The notes beneath the pieces are model-generated. The model was given only the letters and a program-made list of their open reading frames with translations. It made no database searches and was not told the DNA's origin. A program made the translations under genes and the position numbers. A DNA stretch of 64,000 nucleotides from Flavobacteriales bacterium. GTDB taxonomy: Bacteria; Bacteroidota; Bacteroidia; Palsa-965. Of this stretch, positions 29,351 to 39,500 are shown piece by piece (positions within the stretch are counted from its first letter, which is position 1; each line of letters starts with the position of its first letter). The DNA lies in assembly GCA_040377305.1 (NCBI GenBank), contig JBEIPA010000020.1, positions 1 through 64,000 on the forward strand. Direction: 5' to 3'.

Positions 29351-30271
29351 TTAGTCATGGAATGTATATGTCCAGATGTATATTGTACTGTCACCTTCGC
29401 AAGATGTCAGACAGCGGCTAGGTAAGCCCGACGTATTATACTCTACCGCGTAAGTGGTGAGATCGTTATTGTACTTGTTCCGGTAGTGAGTAGAAGATAA
29501 ATAGCCGCGTTCATCATAGGTGTAAGCCGTTTCATTCCAGAATTCAGTTGCATGTGGTTTGTTGGAAGAATAAACATCCTTCACCAACTGGCCTTTTTCA
29601 TTATACTCGCACCGCTCGTAAAAGTATACCAATCCATGATAGTCGGTCCATTTACGCTCCTTCATTCTTCCCTTTGCATCGTAGGTAAACCAGGTTGTGC
29701 TGACCACATCATAAATGTCCTTGCCATACAATACCCAATACGTAGACATTTCAGGTAGCCCGTGTTCGTTGAATTCAAACTCAACACGGGAATCAATTGT
29801 TCCATCCTTTGCATAATACCTGTACTCAATTTGCTTCTCCAACACTCCAACAGATGAATACATGAACTCAGTTTCCCTGTGACCAGCTGACCAGCTTGAA
29901 ATCCTTATCAACTTTCCCTTGTCATCGTAGTATTCAATGTCATCGATGTCAGTAGAATCTTCAGCATCACGCGCTGTTTTCATGCGTCCATCCTCGCTGA
30001 AAACGTACTCGTATCCATAGTACATACTACCGGTTGATGAATAGTTAAGCACGTGCGTAAGGCGACTGGCAGTGTCGAATCTGAATTCCTTACTCCCCAA
30101 CTCACGGCCACAGACTTCTTTCCCACCTTCTGACAGCGCATCAAATCTTGTTATTGTTACAGTTGAAGTTGAGTCAGGAAAATCAATCCTCTCCATTGGT
30201 GTTTTTACACTCAACTCGTACTGCGCACTTAAAGGCAGTGTAAACAACAAACCCATCCATGTCCTGATCAT
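29351..30271 (-). CDS. secreted YD/RHS-repeat-like protein (paralog C)
   Basis: Signal peptide; FTYDAKGR, YNEKGQ, YTYDERG; C-terminal YNTSGLPSRC...WTY. Confidence 0.75.
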   Translation of the reverse strand: MIRTWMGLLFTLPLSAQYELSVKTPMERIDFPDSTSTVTITRFDALSEGGKEVCGRELGSKEFRFDTASRLTHVLNYSSTGSMYYGYEYVFSEDGRMKTARDAEDSTDIDDIEYYDDKGKLIRISSWSAGHRETEFMYSSVGVLEKQIEYRYYAKDGTIDSRVEFEFNEHGLPEMSTYWVLYGKDIYDVVSTTWFTYDAKGRMKERKWTDYHGLVYFYERCEYNEKGQLVKDVYSSNKPHATEFWNETAYTYDERGYLSSTHYRNKYNNDLTTYAVEYNTSGLPSRCLTSCEGDSTIYIWTYTFHD

Positions 30272-30373
30272 AAGTCAATAAATCTACGTTATTCAGGAGC
30301 ATATCAGTCTTTGTGCCGGATTTCGGTACAGGAGCTTCACTTTAGTAGTAAATCCACCTTGAGGTCATTAGTA

Positions 30374-31795
30374 TCACTTCGTCGCGACCCGATTGAATTG
30401 CTGAAAATTGTTTGAAGATTCCGCGTCGATCCCTTTTCTGTTCACTTTCGCCAAAATAGATTCCAGCACGGGCAACATCCCATTCAGATTTTTGGTCTTG
30501 ATGAGAAAATTCCAAACGGGTTCAAACTTCTTCCATCCACCGGCATAGAAGAAATGTTTGAGTTTGTGTTTCACCGTTTCGTGATTCATGCTTGCCTTAA
30601 CGATATTTTGCCAGCTGTAAAACTCACGATAGGCCCAGTCATAACCTTCCTTGAGTTGATCTGCTGTAAGGCGAGTCGTTTGGTAAACAACATTGCGAGT
30701 ATCATACAAATCCCAGTTTCGTGTGAGAATTCTTCCTTGCGATTCCATGCTCTTGAACAGATTCGTTCCTGGATACGGTGTTAGAATGTGATAGGTGGAA
30801 GTGGTGATGGAATTCTTCACACCCCATTCTACTGTACGCTTGAAAACATCGTGATCATCTTCATCAAGGCCAAAAACAAAACTGCCGTTAATCATTACGC
30901 CGAGCGAATGTAATCTGTTTACAGCTTTGATGTAATCCTTCTCCAGATTCTGCTTCTTGTTACTTTGTTTCAGGTTGGCCGGGGAAAATGTTTCGAAGCC
31001 AACGAACAAGCTTCGTAATCCTGCTTTGGCAGCTTTCTCTATCAGATCGCCACGAAGTATAGAATCGATCGTGGCCGCACCCTGAAATACGCGGTTCATT
31101 CCAATCATTCCCTCGAACAAACCCTCAGCAAATTTTGCATTGCCGAGTAAATGATCATCGAGAAAGTACAAATGACTCCCCGGCAAGCGATCAATTTCCG
31201 CCAACGCATCATCCACCCGTTGCGTATAGAAGGTCTTTCCTCCCTCGAAGAAAGCATCCTTGTAACAAAAGTCGCAATGATGCGGACAACCGCGGGTTAC
31301 GACTATTGAATTCGGAACGAGGTACCTGTTTCGTTTGATCAAATCGCGACGGATCGGTGGAATGTTTCCGAGTGTTCTCACTGAAGAGAAATATCTCTTC
31401 TTCGGCCGCTTGTTTTTGAAGTCGCGAAGAAATTCAGGAAATGTTTCTTCACCCGGTCCAAGAAAGATGGTGTCGGCATGTGGTGCAGCCTCTTCGGGAA
31501 GTGAAGTAACATGCAATCCGCCGAGCAACACATAAGCTCCCCGACTTCGATAGTGATCTGCAATTTGATAAGCACGATATGCATTTGTAATGTAGACCTG
31601 AATAATCACTAAATCGGGAGTGTCTTCAAGATTCAATCGTTCTACATGCTGATCCTGCAAATCAATCTCGTCATCAGGATCTAAATACGCAGCCAGTGTT
31701 GCTAATCCCAAAGGAGGAAAAAGTGAATACTTGATCGGTCTCCAGAATGGACTCTCCGCTTCTGCGAGTGCAGGTAATATCATCTTTACTTTCAT
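30374..31795 (-). CDS. B12-binding-domain radical SAM protein
   Basis: PPLGL N-terminus, GGLHVT, TRGCPHHCDFC (CxxxCxxC), FLDD, GFE, TPYPGT. Confidence 0.92.
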   Translation of the reverse strand: MKVKMILPALAEAESPFWRPIKYSLFPPLGLATLAAYLDPDDEIDLQDQHVERLNLEDTPDLVIIQVYITNAYRAYQIADHYRSRGAYVLLGGLHVTSLPEEAAPHADTIFLGPGEETFPEFLRDFKNKRPKKRYFSSVRTLGNIPPIRRDLIKRNRYLVPNSIVVTRGCPHHCDFCYKDAFFEGGKTFYTQRVDDALAEIDRLPGSHLYFLDDHLLGNAKFAEGLFEGMIGMNRVFQGAATIDSILRGDLIEKAAKAGLRSLFVGFETFSPANLKQSNKKQNLEKDYIKAVNRLHSLGVMINGSFVFGLDEDDHDVFKRTVEWGVKNSITTSTYHILTPYPGTNLFKSMESQGRILTRNWDLYDTRNVVYQTTRLTADQLKEGYDWAYREFYSWQNIVKASMNHETVKHKLKHFFYAGGWKKFEPVWNFLIKTKNLNGMLPVLESILAKVNRKGIDAESSNNFQQFNRVATK

Positions 31796-31804
31796 AATCG
31801 CCTC

Positions 31805-32554
31805 CTATGATTTACTTCTGTACATTCTCATGGCGTATACTACTACTCCCCCCCACAACATCACCTGCCCGCACCAATACATCAGCCAGTTGAAATTATG
31901 GGGGACATAATCTTTTGCCTCACTGAATAAATCTTTCTCACTCGAAAGCGTAAAAACAGAACGACCTTCTCCGTGCCCTTGCACATACATGAAGTAATCC
32001 CACATAAATGAAGCGAGAATTGCCGCACAGCCGAAAAGCAAAATAGTTTTCTCAACGCGATTCAAAGTGGCAGCGAGATTTTTCGACTGACCGTACAGCG
32101 TAACGCACATGAGCATGATCATCGTGATAGAAACAAGTACAGGACACAACACAGGTCCAACCCATGGAACGGGAATCAGAAACAGAATGTCCCATGTGAA
32201 CAGATTGTCTGGCCAACCTAGCAATACGTACAAAAACACGTAGTAGAAAATATCCCAGATCGCGAAGCAATACAGGAAATAAACAAATCGCTGCATTCTG
32301 TTTCTTCCTGCCATGATTCCCGCACCGAGAAGCATCACGATCGTTGCCATCTCTCTCCAGAATTCTGTAATGGCAATATCCGGTGTGATCGCAACAAGCG
32401 GAAATCCAAATCCATTCGGGTAGTAAAGCTTACGCAGATATACCACGACCGACGTTTCGAGATAGCCCATTGCTATACTGAAAAACGTGAGCCAGAAAAG
32501 TGTGCGAATCACTTCCGTGTACCGTGCAGGTGAAAGGGTTATTGTCCTGTCCAT
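31805..32554 (-). CDS. hypothetical polytopic membrane protein
   Basis: About 6 TM; E..VVVYLR, RE.ATIVML, WDIFYY, WDILFLIP.PWVGPV conserved-looking motifs. Confidence 0.8.
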   Translation of the reverse strand: MDRTITLSPARYTEVIRTLFWLTFFSIAMGYLETSVVVYLRKLYYPNGFGFPLVAITPDIAITEFWREMATIVMLLGAGIMAGRNRMQRFVYFLYCFAIWDIFYYVFLYVLLGWPDNLFTWDILFLIPVPWVGPVLCPVLVSITMIMLMCVTLYGQSKNLAATLNRVEKTILLFGCAAILASFMWDYFMYVQGHGEGRSVFTLSSEKDLFSEAKDYVPHNFNWLMYWCGQVMLWGGVVVYAMRMYRSKS

Positions 32555-34416
32555 TCGTCTGAGTATTTGATTTGGAGATTGGGATTGAGAATATTAAGTC
32601 GTTCTATCCATTCCGGCGAGATGTAGTAAACATGCAGAACACGTAATTGTGGCATTAGCGTGATCGGTCCGAAGTCGCTAACTCCAGTCCCACCTAAATG
32701 GAGACTCGTGAGATTCTTACACAACTGAATTCCTCCTATCGAGGTAAGCTCCTTGTTGTTGGAAAGATTGAGTGACTGAAGATGCTCGTACTTCCCGATT
32801 TCACCCATCTGAGTAATTTCATTTCCTGAGACATCGAGTGTGTGAATGTCAGCGTAGCACGGATGATAATACAGTCCGGTGATTCCACAATTTGATGCGT
32901 AGACAGTCGAATCTTCCGACAGTGATTTCATCCCGCTCAACTCATTGTATACGCTTGTTGATGCAAGGTGATACGATGGCCATTTTCCAGAATCATGCGT
33001 GCTCCTATAGTTGGAAAGGAATTCGAACGTCTTCGATTGAAGTCCGCTGTGTTCCTGTTTCGACAGGCTGGATAGACTTTCCCTCCCCGAACTCCAGTTT
33101 GTTGTATATCCTTGTTCGTATTTATCAATATGATACTTGTGCTGTTCCGGAAGTGACAGATACGACAATGAGTTTGCGTACATCATATCTAAACGGTGCT
33201 GCAGTCCGGAGTTGTAGTTGAATATTACCTTGTCCCAGTTTATTGGTGCTGAGACAACGAGCACTGCAAAACATGCCCAGCCAAACTGACGAATGACGAA
33301 CATATTCGTTTTCTGTTTATGCAATTTCCAGATCATGAATGCCAATCCTGCGAAGGCCAGCAACAGCCAAACGTCAACGCCAATTCGTTTGTACGTCAAT
33401 CCGTAAACAAAAACGTAACTGTGGTTTCGGTAAATGCTCATCGCTACCATGAACATGTTTTGAGCGACCCAAAGAAAGGCGAGCCAACGCAAGTGCTTGT
33501 ATGATTTTCCTTTCTCGTGAAAATTGCGAAACAAAAAAACTATGATGAGGGATGCGAGAATGATGGAGAACATCAACATACCAACTCCCTGGTGCACGTA
33601 CTGCGAATAGGTTACGTCTTTGGGCAGAATACTTTCTCCACCAGCGACGAAAACAATGTCCAGGATATTTACAATCAGCAAGAGTCCGTTCAGCATTCCT
33701 AACAATACAAGTCCAGTGAAGTACTCGCTATCAATGCTCATGATGCGGTCGAGCAGCGTTGTACGTTCACGTGGAGTAAGATCCTTCGGTAGCCGACTAT
33801 CCCATTCGGAAATCACGGCAAACTTCTGCTGACGGAAAAATCCGAAATGCAGCACGACACCCAGAATCATGAACGCGCACCAAGCTATTGAAACAAAACT
33901 GAGATCAATTTTGTCGGTAAACGATTCGAAGAGCAGGCTGGATTCGCGATACATCATGAAGAAGATCAGACCTATCACGAGCACAACGACAACTATCAGT
34001 GTGCGTTTCAACGTGCGGTGATTTCCACTACGGTTCCCTCCCATCCTGTTGAATCGTTCAATGGCCGCAACAATCATAAATCCGATTGCAGTCACTCCAT
34101 TCAGCCACGAAAGAAATAGCGTTGTGAAAAACGAATTTTGCTTGTGCATGACAAACGCTGCTGTAACCGAAAGTGAAATCACATTCGCAATTACTGAAAG
34201 CGGATTCCCGTAACAGGCTACAGAGAAGGAAGTGATTACGGAGGCACATGCAGTAATTATCCACGCGCGATTTTTCAGGACAGTTTGGTCGCGGAGAATC
34301 AATGCGCCGATGAGCACAAGATTCATGATTAGAAAATTCACGCCCGGCACCTGTTCCCAAAAGAGATACGAGTATGCGGCGAGGCTTGCGAGGTAAATCC
34401 AGTCGGTTTTTTTCAT
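32539..34416 (-). CDS. DUF4153/DUF4173-family membrane protein fused to C-terminal leucine-rich repeats
   Basis: YSQYVHQG and YGLTYKRI motifs; LDVSGNEI, LNLSNN and LHLGGTGV LRR units. Confidence 0.82.
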   Translation of the reverse strand: MKKTDWIYLASLAAYSYLFWEQVPGVNFLIMNLVLIGALILRDQTVLKNRAWIITACASVITSFSVACYGNPLSVIANVISLSVTAAFVMHKQNSFFTTLFLSWLNGVTAIGFMIVAAIERFNRMGGNRSGNHRTLKRTLIVVVVLVIGLIFFMMYRESSLLFESFTDKIDLSFVSIAWCAFMILGVVLHFGFFRQQKFAVISEWDSRLPKDLTPRERTTLLDRIMSIDSEYFTGLVLLGMLNGLLLIVNILDIVFVAGGESILPKDVTYSQYVHQGVGMLMFSIILASLIIVFLFRNFHEKGKSYKHLRWLAFLWVAQNMFMVAMSIYRNHSYVFVYGLTYKRIGVDVWLLLAFAGLAFMIWKLHKQKTNMFVIRQFGWACFAVLVVSAPINWDKVIFNYNSGLQHRLDMMYANSLSYLSLPEQHKYHIDKYEQGYTTNWSSGRESLSSLSKQEHSGLQSKTFEFLSNYRSTHDSGKWPSYHLASTSVYNELSGMKSLSEDSTVYASNCGITGLYYHPCYADIHTLDVSGNEITQMGEIGKYEHLQSLNLSNNKELTSIGGIQLCKNLTSLHLGGTGVSDFGPITLMPQLRVLHVYYISPEWIERLNILNPNLQIKYSDEWTGQ

Positions 34417-34422
34417 TGTGTG

Positions 34423-34944
34423 TTAGAGTGTATGATGGGTGTTGTTAAATTCCTGATGTTGTAATTTTTCGAGTTGAGAAATCCAGCGGAGCGCAATCAG
34501 AAGCGGAATGGCACCAAAGAATCCGAATGAGCAATCGATAAGTGTCCAGAAAAGTGGAATGCCGCGTATACTGCAAACGGCGAATGCGAGAACGAAAACA
34601 CCTGCACATGCAAGCAGGCCAATTCTCAACACCCAGGCGTTGCGCACCGGATCGCGATAAGCCCCGACAAAGAATAACGCGATCACGATGTGCGCATACG
34701 CCAGCCAATCGTATCCGTAGATCAAAAACGGATACTTAGAGGCGGTTGAATTCACAGCCTCAGCAACTGTGATCAACCAGGGTTGCATGAAATCAGGAAG
34801 CATATTGAGATGCAACAGCAGGAAGTTGAGTTCGGTCTGCACTGGAAACGCAGTAAGTCCGCTGAGGATTAAGAGCGTCATGAATCCTACAATGAGAATG
34901 CGGATTCTGCGTGTGAGATGCTTACTGGTTGTTGGCATGGTCAT
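34423..34944 (-). CDS. hypothetical membrane protein
   Basis: LSGLTAFP, YPFLIYGYDWLAYAH, DPVRN, RGIP and IDCSFG; 4 TM. Confidence 0.8.
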   Translation of the reverse strand: MTMPTTSKHLTRRIRILIVGFMTLLILSGLTAFPVQTELNFLLLHLNMLPDFMQPWLITVAEAVNSTASKYPFLIYGYDWLAYAHIVIALFFVGAYRDPVRNAWVLRIGLLACAGVFVLAFAVCSIRGIPLFWTLIDCSFGFFGAIPLLIALRWISQLEKLQHQEFNNTHHTL

Positions 34945-35248
34945 TTTCTTCCTTAGTTAAAATTCGTTTGTGTAAACGCTGAATTCTGTACATCACCAAT
35001 GCAACAACCGGAGCACCGTATCCGAAAACCATAAACGCTTCAAACGTGTGATCGATAATTCCCAGAACTATTGTACACATGAGATAACTCCAATAGATAC
35101 CAATGGAAGCTTTTGAATATCGTCCCGTTATTGCACTTACCGTGTACATCAACGCGAAAAGAAAAAATACGATCGCAAACATGAAGCTGAGCACGAATAA
35201 TCCGATCAGTATGTCTTGTGTTGGTGATGTATCCCACATGTGTTCCAT
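34922..35248 (-). CDS. small membrane protein
   Basis: 3 hydrophobic segments; first gene after the second operator; start uncertain. Confidence 0.65.
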   Translation of the reverse strand: MEHMWDTSPTQDILIGLFVLSFMFAIVFFLFALMYTVSAITGRYSKASIGIYWSYLMCTIVLGIIDHTFEAFMVFGYGAPVVALVMYRIQRLHKRILTKEENDHANNQ

Positions 35249-35257
35249 ATCCAAAGT

Positions 35258-35274
35258 ACTTTGTACTACAAAGT
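35258..35274. promoter_or_regulatory. palindromic operator ACTTTG-N5-CAAAGT (copy 1)
   Basis: ACTTTGTACTACAAAGT between the regulator and the downstream genes. Confidence 0.75.
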
Positions 35275-35290
35275 TTTAAGTCAAATTTTT

Positions 35291-35599
35291 TTACTTCTTA
35301 ATTCTTCCTTTCAAAAGATTCTCCAACACGTTGAGGTGTTCGTTGAATGCTTTCTTTCCGGAGCTCGTCACGGCATACGAAGTATTAGGTTTCTTGTTTA
35401 CGAATTGCTTAATCACTGCGACGTATCCCTCCTTCTCCAATGCCGATAAATGACTCGCCAGGTTGCCGTCTGTTACGTCAAGCAGCTCTTTCAATCGCGT
35501 AAACTCCACACTTTCGTTCACCATAAGGATAGACATAACACCCAATCTTATTCGGTTCTCAAAAACTTTATTGAATTTCGAAAAGTAGTCCTGCCCCAT
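35291..35599 (-). CDS. winged helix-turn-helix transcriptional regulator (HTH_34 type)
   Basis: RIRLGVMS.L, F..LKELL..TDGNLASHL..LE, T..GKKAF. Confidence 0.92.
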   Translation of the reverse strand: MGQDYFSKFNKVFENRIRLGVMSILMVNESVEFTRLKELLDVTDGNLASHLSALEKEGYVAVIKQFVNKKPNTSYAVTSSGKKAFNEHLNVLENLLKGRIKK

Positions 35600-35603
35600 T
35601 CTA

Positions 35604-36278
35604 CTATGCTTCCTTGTTTTTCTCGTATTTCACGTAAAGAACTATTCCGTAAACAATGTGCATTACCCCAAATCCGATTGACCAGATCACCAGACTGTAC
35701 TCATAGAATATTGCCGCGATGAAAGACAAAATGATCTGGATTACACCGAGGTAGCGAATATCGTTGATGGTATACTTGCTTGCGTTGATCAAAGCCGTAC
35801 CGTAAAACGCCAAAGTAATCGCTGGGACAAGTCCGATTATTCCGTGAGCAAGCAACACCATTGCAAATCCCCCACCGGTCACCAATGGAATAAGCAGGTT
35901 GATCGTCATTCTCTTTGCGGTATCGTCCCACATTGGCAAACCCAGCTTCTTTGCTTTGCGACGTGTGAAATACCATGCACCGACCAATGCGCCTCCTAAC
36001 GTCAGAGCGGCAATCATGAAGATGTCACGGATCAGGCCAAACGTTGGAGTTGGAGTTACATATTCTCCCCGACCTGTCGCAACGAGAATTTCCGATACAG
36101 TAAAAGGCAAATGCAGGAAGAAATCGCCCAACAAGAAATAGACGAGTGTAACTCCAATCAAACCCACAACTCCTGCAGCCACACCCGACAATCCACTCAT
36201 TGATATGAAGCGTGATGACTTGTTCATCAAATCGCGCATCTCAGTAAGTGCGCTCAGTTGTTCTTCTTGTTCGGTCAT
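35604..36278 (-). CDS. membrane protein paired with the winged-helix regulator
   Basis: L..MRDLM.KSSRFIS.SGLSG, FYG.AL.NASKYT, GFG..HI.YG; ATG at 36278. Confidence 0.82.
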   Translation of the reverse strand: MTEQEEQLSALTEMRDLMNKSSRFISMSGLSGVAAGVVGLIGVTLVYFLLGDFFLHLPFTVSEILVATGRGEYVTPTPTFGLIRDIFMIAALTLGGALVGAWYFTRRKAKKLGLPMWDDTAKRMTINLLIPLVTGGGFAMVLLAHGIIGLVPAITLAFYGTALINASKYTINDIRYLGVIQIILSFIAAIFYEYSLVIWSIGFGVMHIVYGIVLYVKYEKNKEA

Positions 36279-36288
36279 GTCGGGTCGG

Positions 36289-36305
36289 ACTTTGTAGGAC
36301 AAAGT
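36289..36305. promoter_or_regulatory. palindromic operator ACTTTG-N5-CAAAGT (copy 2)
   Basis: ACTTTGTAGGACAAAGT 11 bp upstream of the operon start. Confidence 0.75.
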
Positions 36306-36370
36306 AACAACTATTTTCTTTATACGCACAAGATGCTTTGGCTTTTTTTAACCAGATCTACTCTTTCTTC

Positions 36371-36525
36371 ACCACGGAGGCACGGCGATCACGGCTTATA
36401 TTTTAGATGGATCTAGAAGTAAAAAGCGAAAGGAGCCCAAAAACTGAGCTCCTTTCCAAACAATAATATCTTTTCGCCGTGCTCGCCGTGCCTCCGTGGT
36501 AAAGCGCGCCGCAGGCGACCAGAAC
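36371..36525. repeat. REP doublet (ACCACGGAGGCACGG family) enclosing a terminator hairpin
   Basis: 25-bp IR 36371-36395/36476-36500 with 1 mismatch; inner AAAGGAGC/GCTCCTTT hairpin 36429-36455. Confidence 0.85.
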
Positions 36526-36527
36526 GC

Positions 36528-39500
36528 TTATTCCTTCACAAACTTCATCGCATACCCCTGCTCTCCTTCAATCATGAGCGAGTAGAATCCTGATGCGAAG
36601 TTGCTCATGTCAATCATGAACATATTCGCTCCCGCTGGAACCTGCATGGTATACACAACCTGTCCGATGCTGTTCACCACCGTTACGTTTGCTGATTGCG
36701 TACGTACCGGAGAATTCACCTGAATGTGATTCTGCTGAGAGTTGAAGAACGCGCTCCACTCGTTGTGCATTTCAGGAACACCGGAACAACCTACACCAAT
36801 GTTTGTGTAGTTGATCGTGTCTGTTCCACATGTGTTTGTAACGATGAGCTGAGCGGTGAATGTCCCTACCGAGTTGTAAGTAATCACCGGAGCAGATGAA
36901 GTCGATGTGCTCGGCGTTCCTCCCGGAAAATTCCACGAGAACGACGTTGCGTCTGTAGAGTTTGATCCGTCAAACGTAATTGTTCCATTTACGCAGATGA
37001 AAGTATCACTCATAACCAGGCTCGCTACCGGTGTTGTGATAACTGTGATCGGAACTACTGAATTCGCTGAACAACCATTCGCTCCGGTACCCTGAACGTT
37101 ATACGTAATTGAAGTCGTCGGCGTGGCCGTTGGTGTGGCAGACGTTGTCGAACTTAAGAACGTAGATGGCGACCATAAATACGAACTCGCACCGGATGCT
37201 GTTAAATTGATTTGCGTACCGGTACATACGGTGTTCGCTGGCGTAACCGACACATTCACGGTAGGATTTGCATTAACCGTAATATTCACGAACGCAGAAT
37301 CGAACATGCTGCAACCTCCGCCTACAACATACAACACCGCCTGATAGGTTCCTGGCGTGTTATAGGTCACTGTTGGATTTAATGCATTCGACAATCCCGG
37401 ATTTGATCCCGGGAACCACCACAGAAGCGTGTCTTCGTAAGTAGATCCTGTTGCATCGAATGTGATCTGATCTCCCTGACAAATCGTAGTTGAAGTCTGT
37501 GTGAATGTTGCAACTGTATTTGCACTGGTGAGGAAAGGATGCATCACCAACGATGCTGCTAAGTTCCATGAGCCCGCGGTTGTGTACTGATACCACGTTC
37601 CGTTCGATTGCTTTTCCCAGATCGGAATTGGTGCTGTTGTTTGTCCGTTCGAGTTACTCACGATTGAAAGTGTATCATGTACACTCGGTGAAGCCTGCCA
37701 CTGAAGGTTGGAAACGTCAACACTACAGAAGAAACGTTTTGATGCCGGAAGCGTAACCGGATTATTCACGAATGAATATTCGGTATAATAACCACCTGCT
37801 TCATCGGCCATAATTTGCCCCATAGTTGCATTGACGGTTCCAAGAAGTGCACCCGGTGTTCCGCTTGTTCCGTCATAAATTTTCATTGCAACAATCTTCG
37901 CCGGGTTCGCTGAATACGCACGTCCGTAAGCAACATAAACACTTACCAGCGTGTTATAAGGGCTTGAAGATGCATCGTAGTACATTGCCTTCTCATCATC
38001 CAGATAAACATTCATACCGTTAATCCAGCCATCAATACCAACTGTAGCTCCAGCGTAATAATTCACAAGTGTCCATCCTGCAGGAATTGGATAGTTGATA
38101 ATCTCGCAACCACTTGCTGCAGTCACCGTAATGTAGTTTGTGTTCGTCTGGACATCACTTCCGTTTCCATTGCTCACAGTAAGCGACACGTTGTAAGTTC
38201 CCGGCGTGTTGTAAACGATTGCAGGAGGAAATTGTCCGTTGTGTGTTGCCGGTGTTCCGCCAGGGAATGACCAGCTCCATGTTGTTGGATTGTAAACCGA
38301 AAGATCAGTGAACTGAACGTTACCTCCTGCTGTTACTGTGGTCACGTTGGCTGTGAACAAAGCATTTGGTGCCCAGTTCATCGTTGCGCTGATACACTGC
38401 ATTGCAGAATTCGCATTGATTCGTCCGGAACCAAGTTGTCCCGGATAACCAGGATTCTGAGTTGCAATGCTCGTAGCAGTTGAAGTCAAACACTGACGGA
38501 TATCTGCAGGAGTCAATGATGGATTTAACGACAACATCAATCCGCAAAGTCCCGCAACAATTGGTGACGCCATAGACGTTCCTGAATTGTTTGCGTATGT
38601 GTTTCCTACATAAGTTGCGTAGATGTTATTTCCGGGAGCTGAGATATCAACCCACGTTCCGTAATTGGAGAAGCTCGCTTTTGTATCGTTACTGTTTGTA
38701 GCGGCAACTGCAATTACGTTTGTGTATCCCGCAGGATAAAACATCGTGCTGGAGTTGTTGTTACCTGCTGCTGCAACTAGAACACATCCAGAGTTGTACG
38801 CCCAGTTGATGATATTCTGCGCCGTTGTAGAAGAACCAGTTCCGCCCCACGACATGTTGATTACATCAGCTCCCGCTGAAACTGCATAAACAATTCCATC
38901 GTAACCGTTCGTGATTGAACTTGACGATGTAGTTGCTTTTACGGCCATGATCTTCGTACTGAAACCAATTCCGGCAACACCTGTTCCGTTGTTAGTCGCT
39001 GGACTTGCACAACCGGTTACGTGAGTTCCGTGTGCAAACGCGTTGCTCGGTGGATTCGGGTTGTTGTCGTTGCTACCAACGTCGTAACCATTGATATCGT
39101 CCATGTATCCGTTACCGTCGTCATCGATGTTGTTGTTTGCGATCTCACCCGGATTCACCCAGAGGTTCGGAGAAATGTCGCTGTGCGTACGCTCAACTGC
39201 ATCGTCTACAATCGCAATTTTGATTGTAGAACCAGTTGAGAAATAGTTCCACGCTCCGGCAGCATTGATCACGCTCAAATGCCACTGAGAAGAAAAGCTC
39301 GGATCGTTTGGTGTAAGACATGTGCGATCAACAGGTACTTGTTCAGCATAATCGATCTTGCCCGTTGCTTTCATCTCGTTGATGATTGCAGTTACGTTTG
39401 CGTAGTCGCTGAACTCCAGCAAATACGTGCGTAACAATTCAGGAGAAGTTTTCGCCGCATAAAACGGACGAGAGAGGTTCGTAACCTGGTGGTTCTTTGC

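Noticed and set aside
26528-30271. Rhs polymorphic toxin locus
   Set aside because: Proteins are short, Sec-exported and lack the PxxxxDPxG core end, toxin tips and VgrG/PAAR neighbours.
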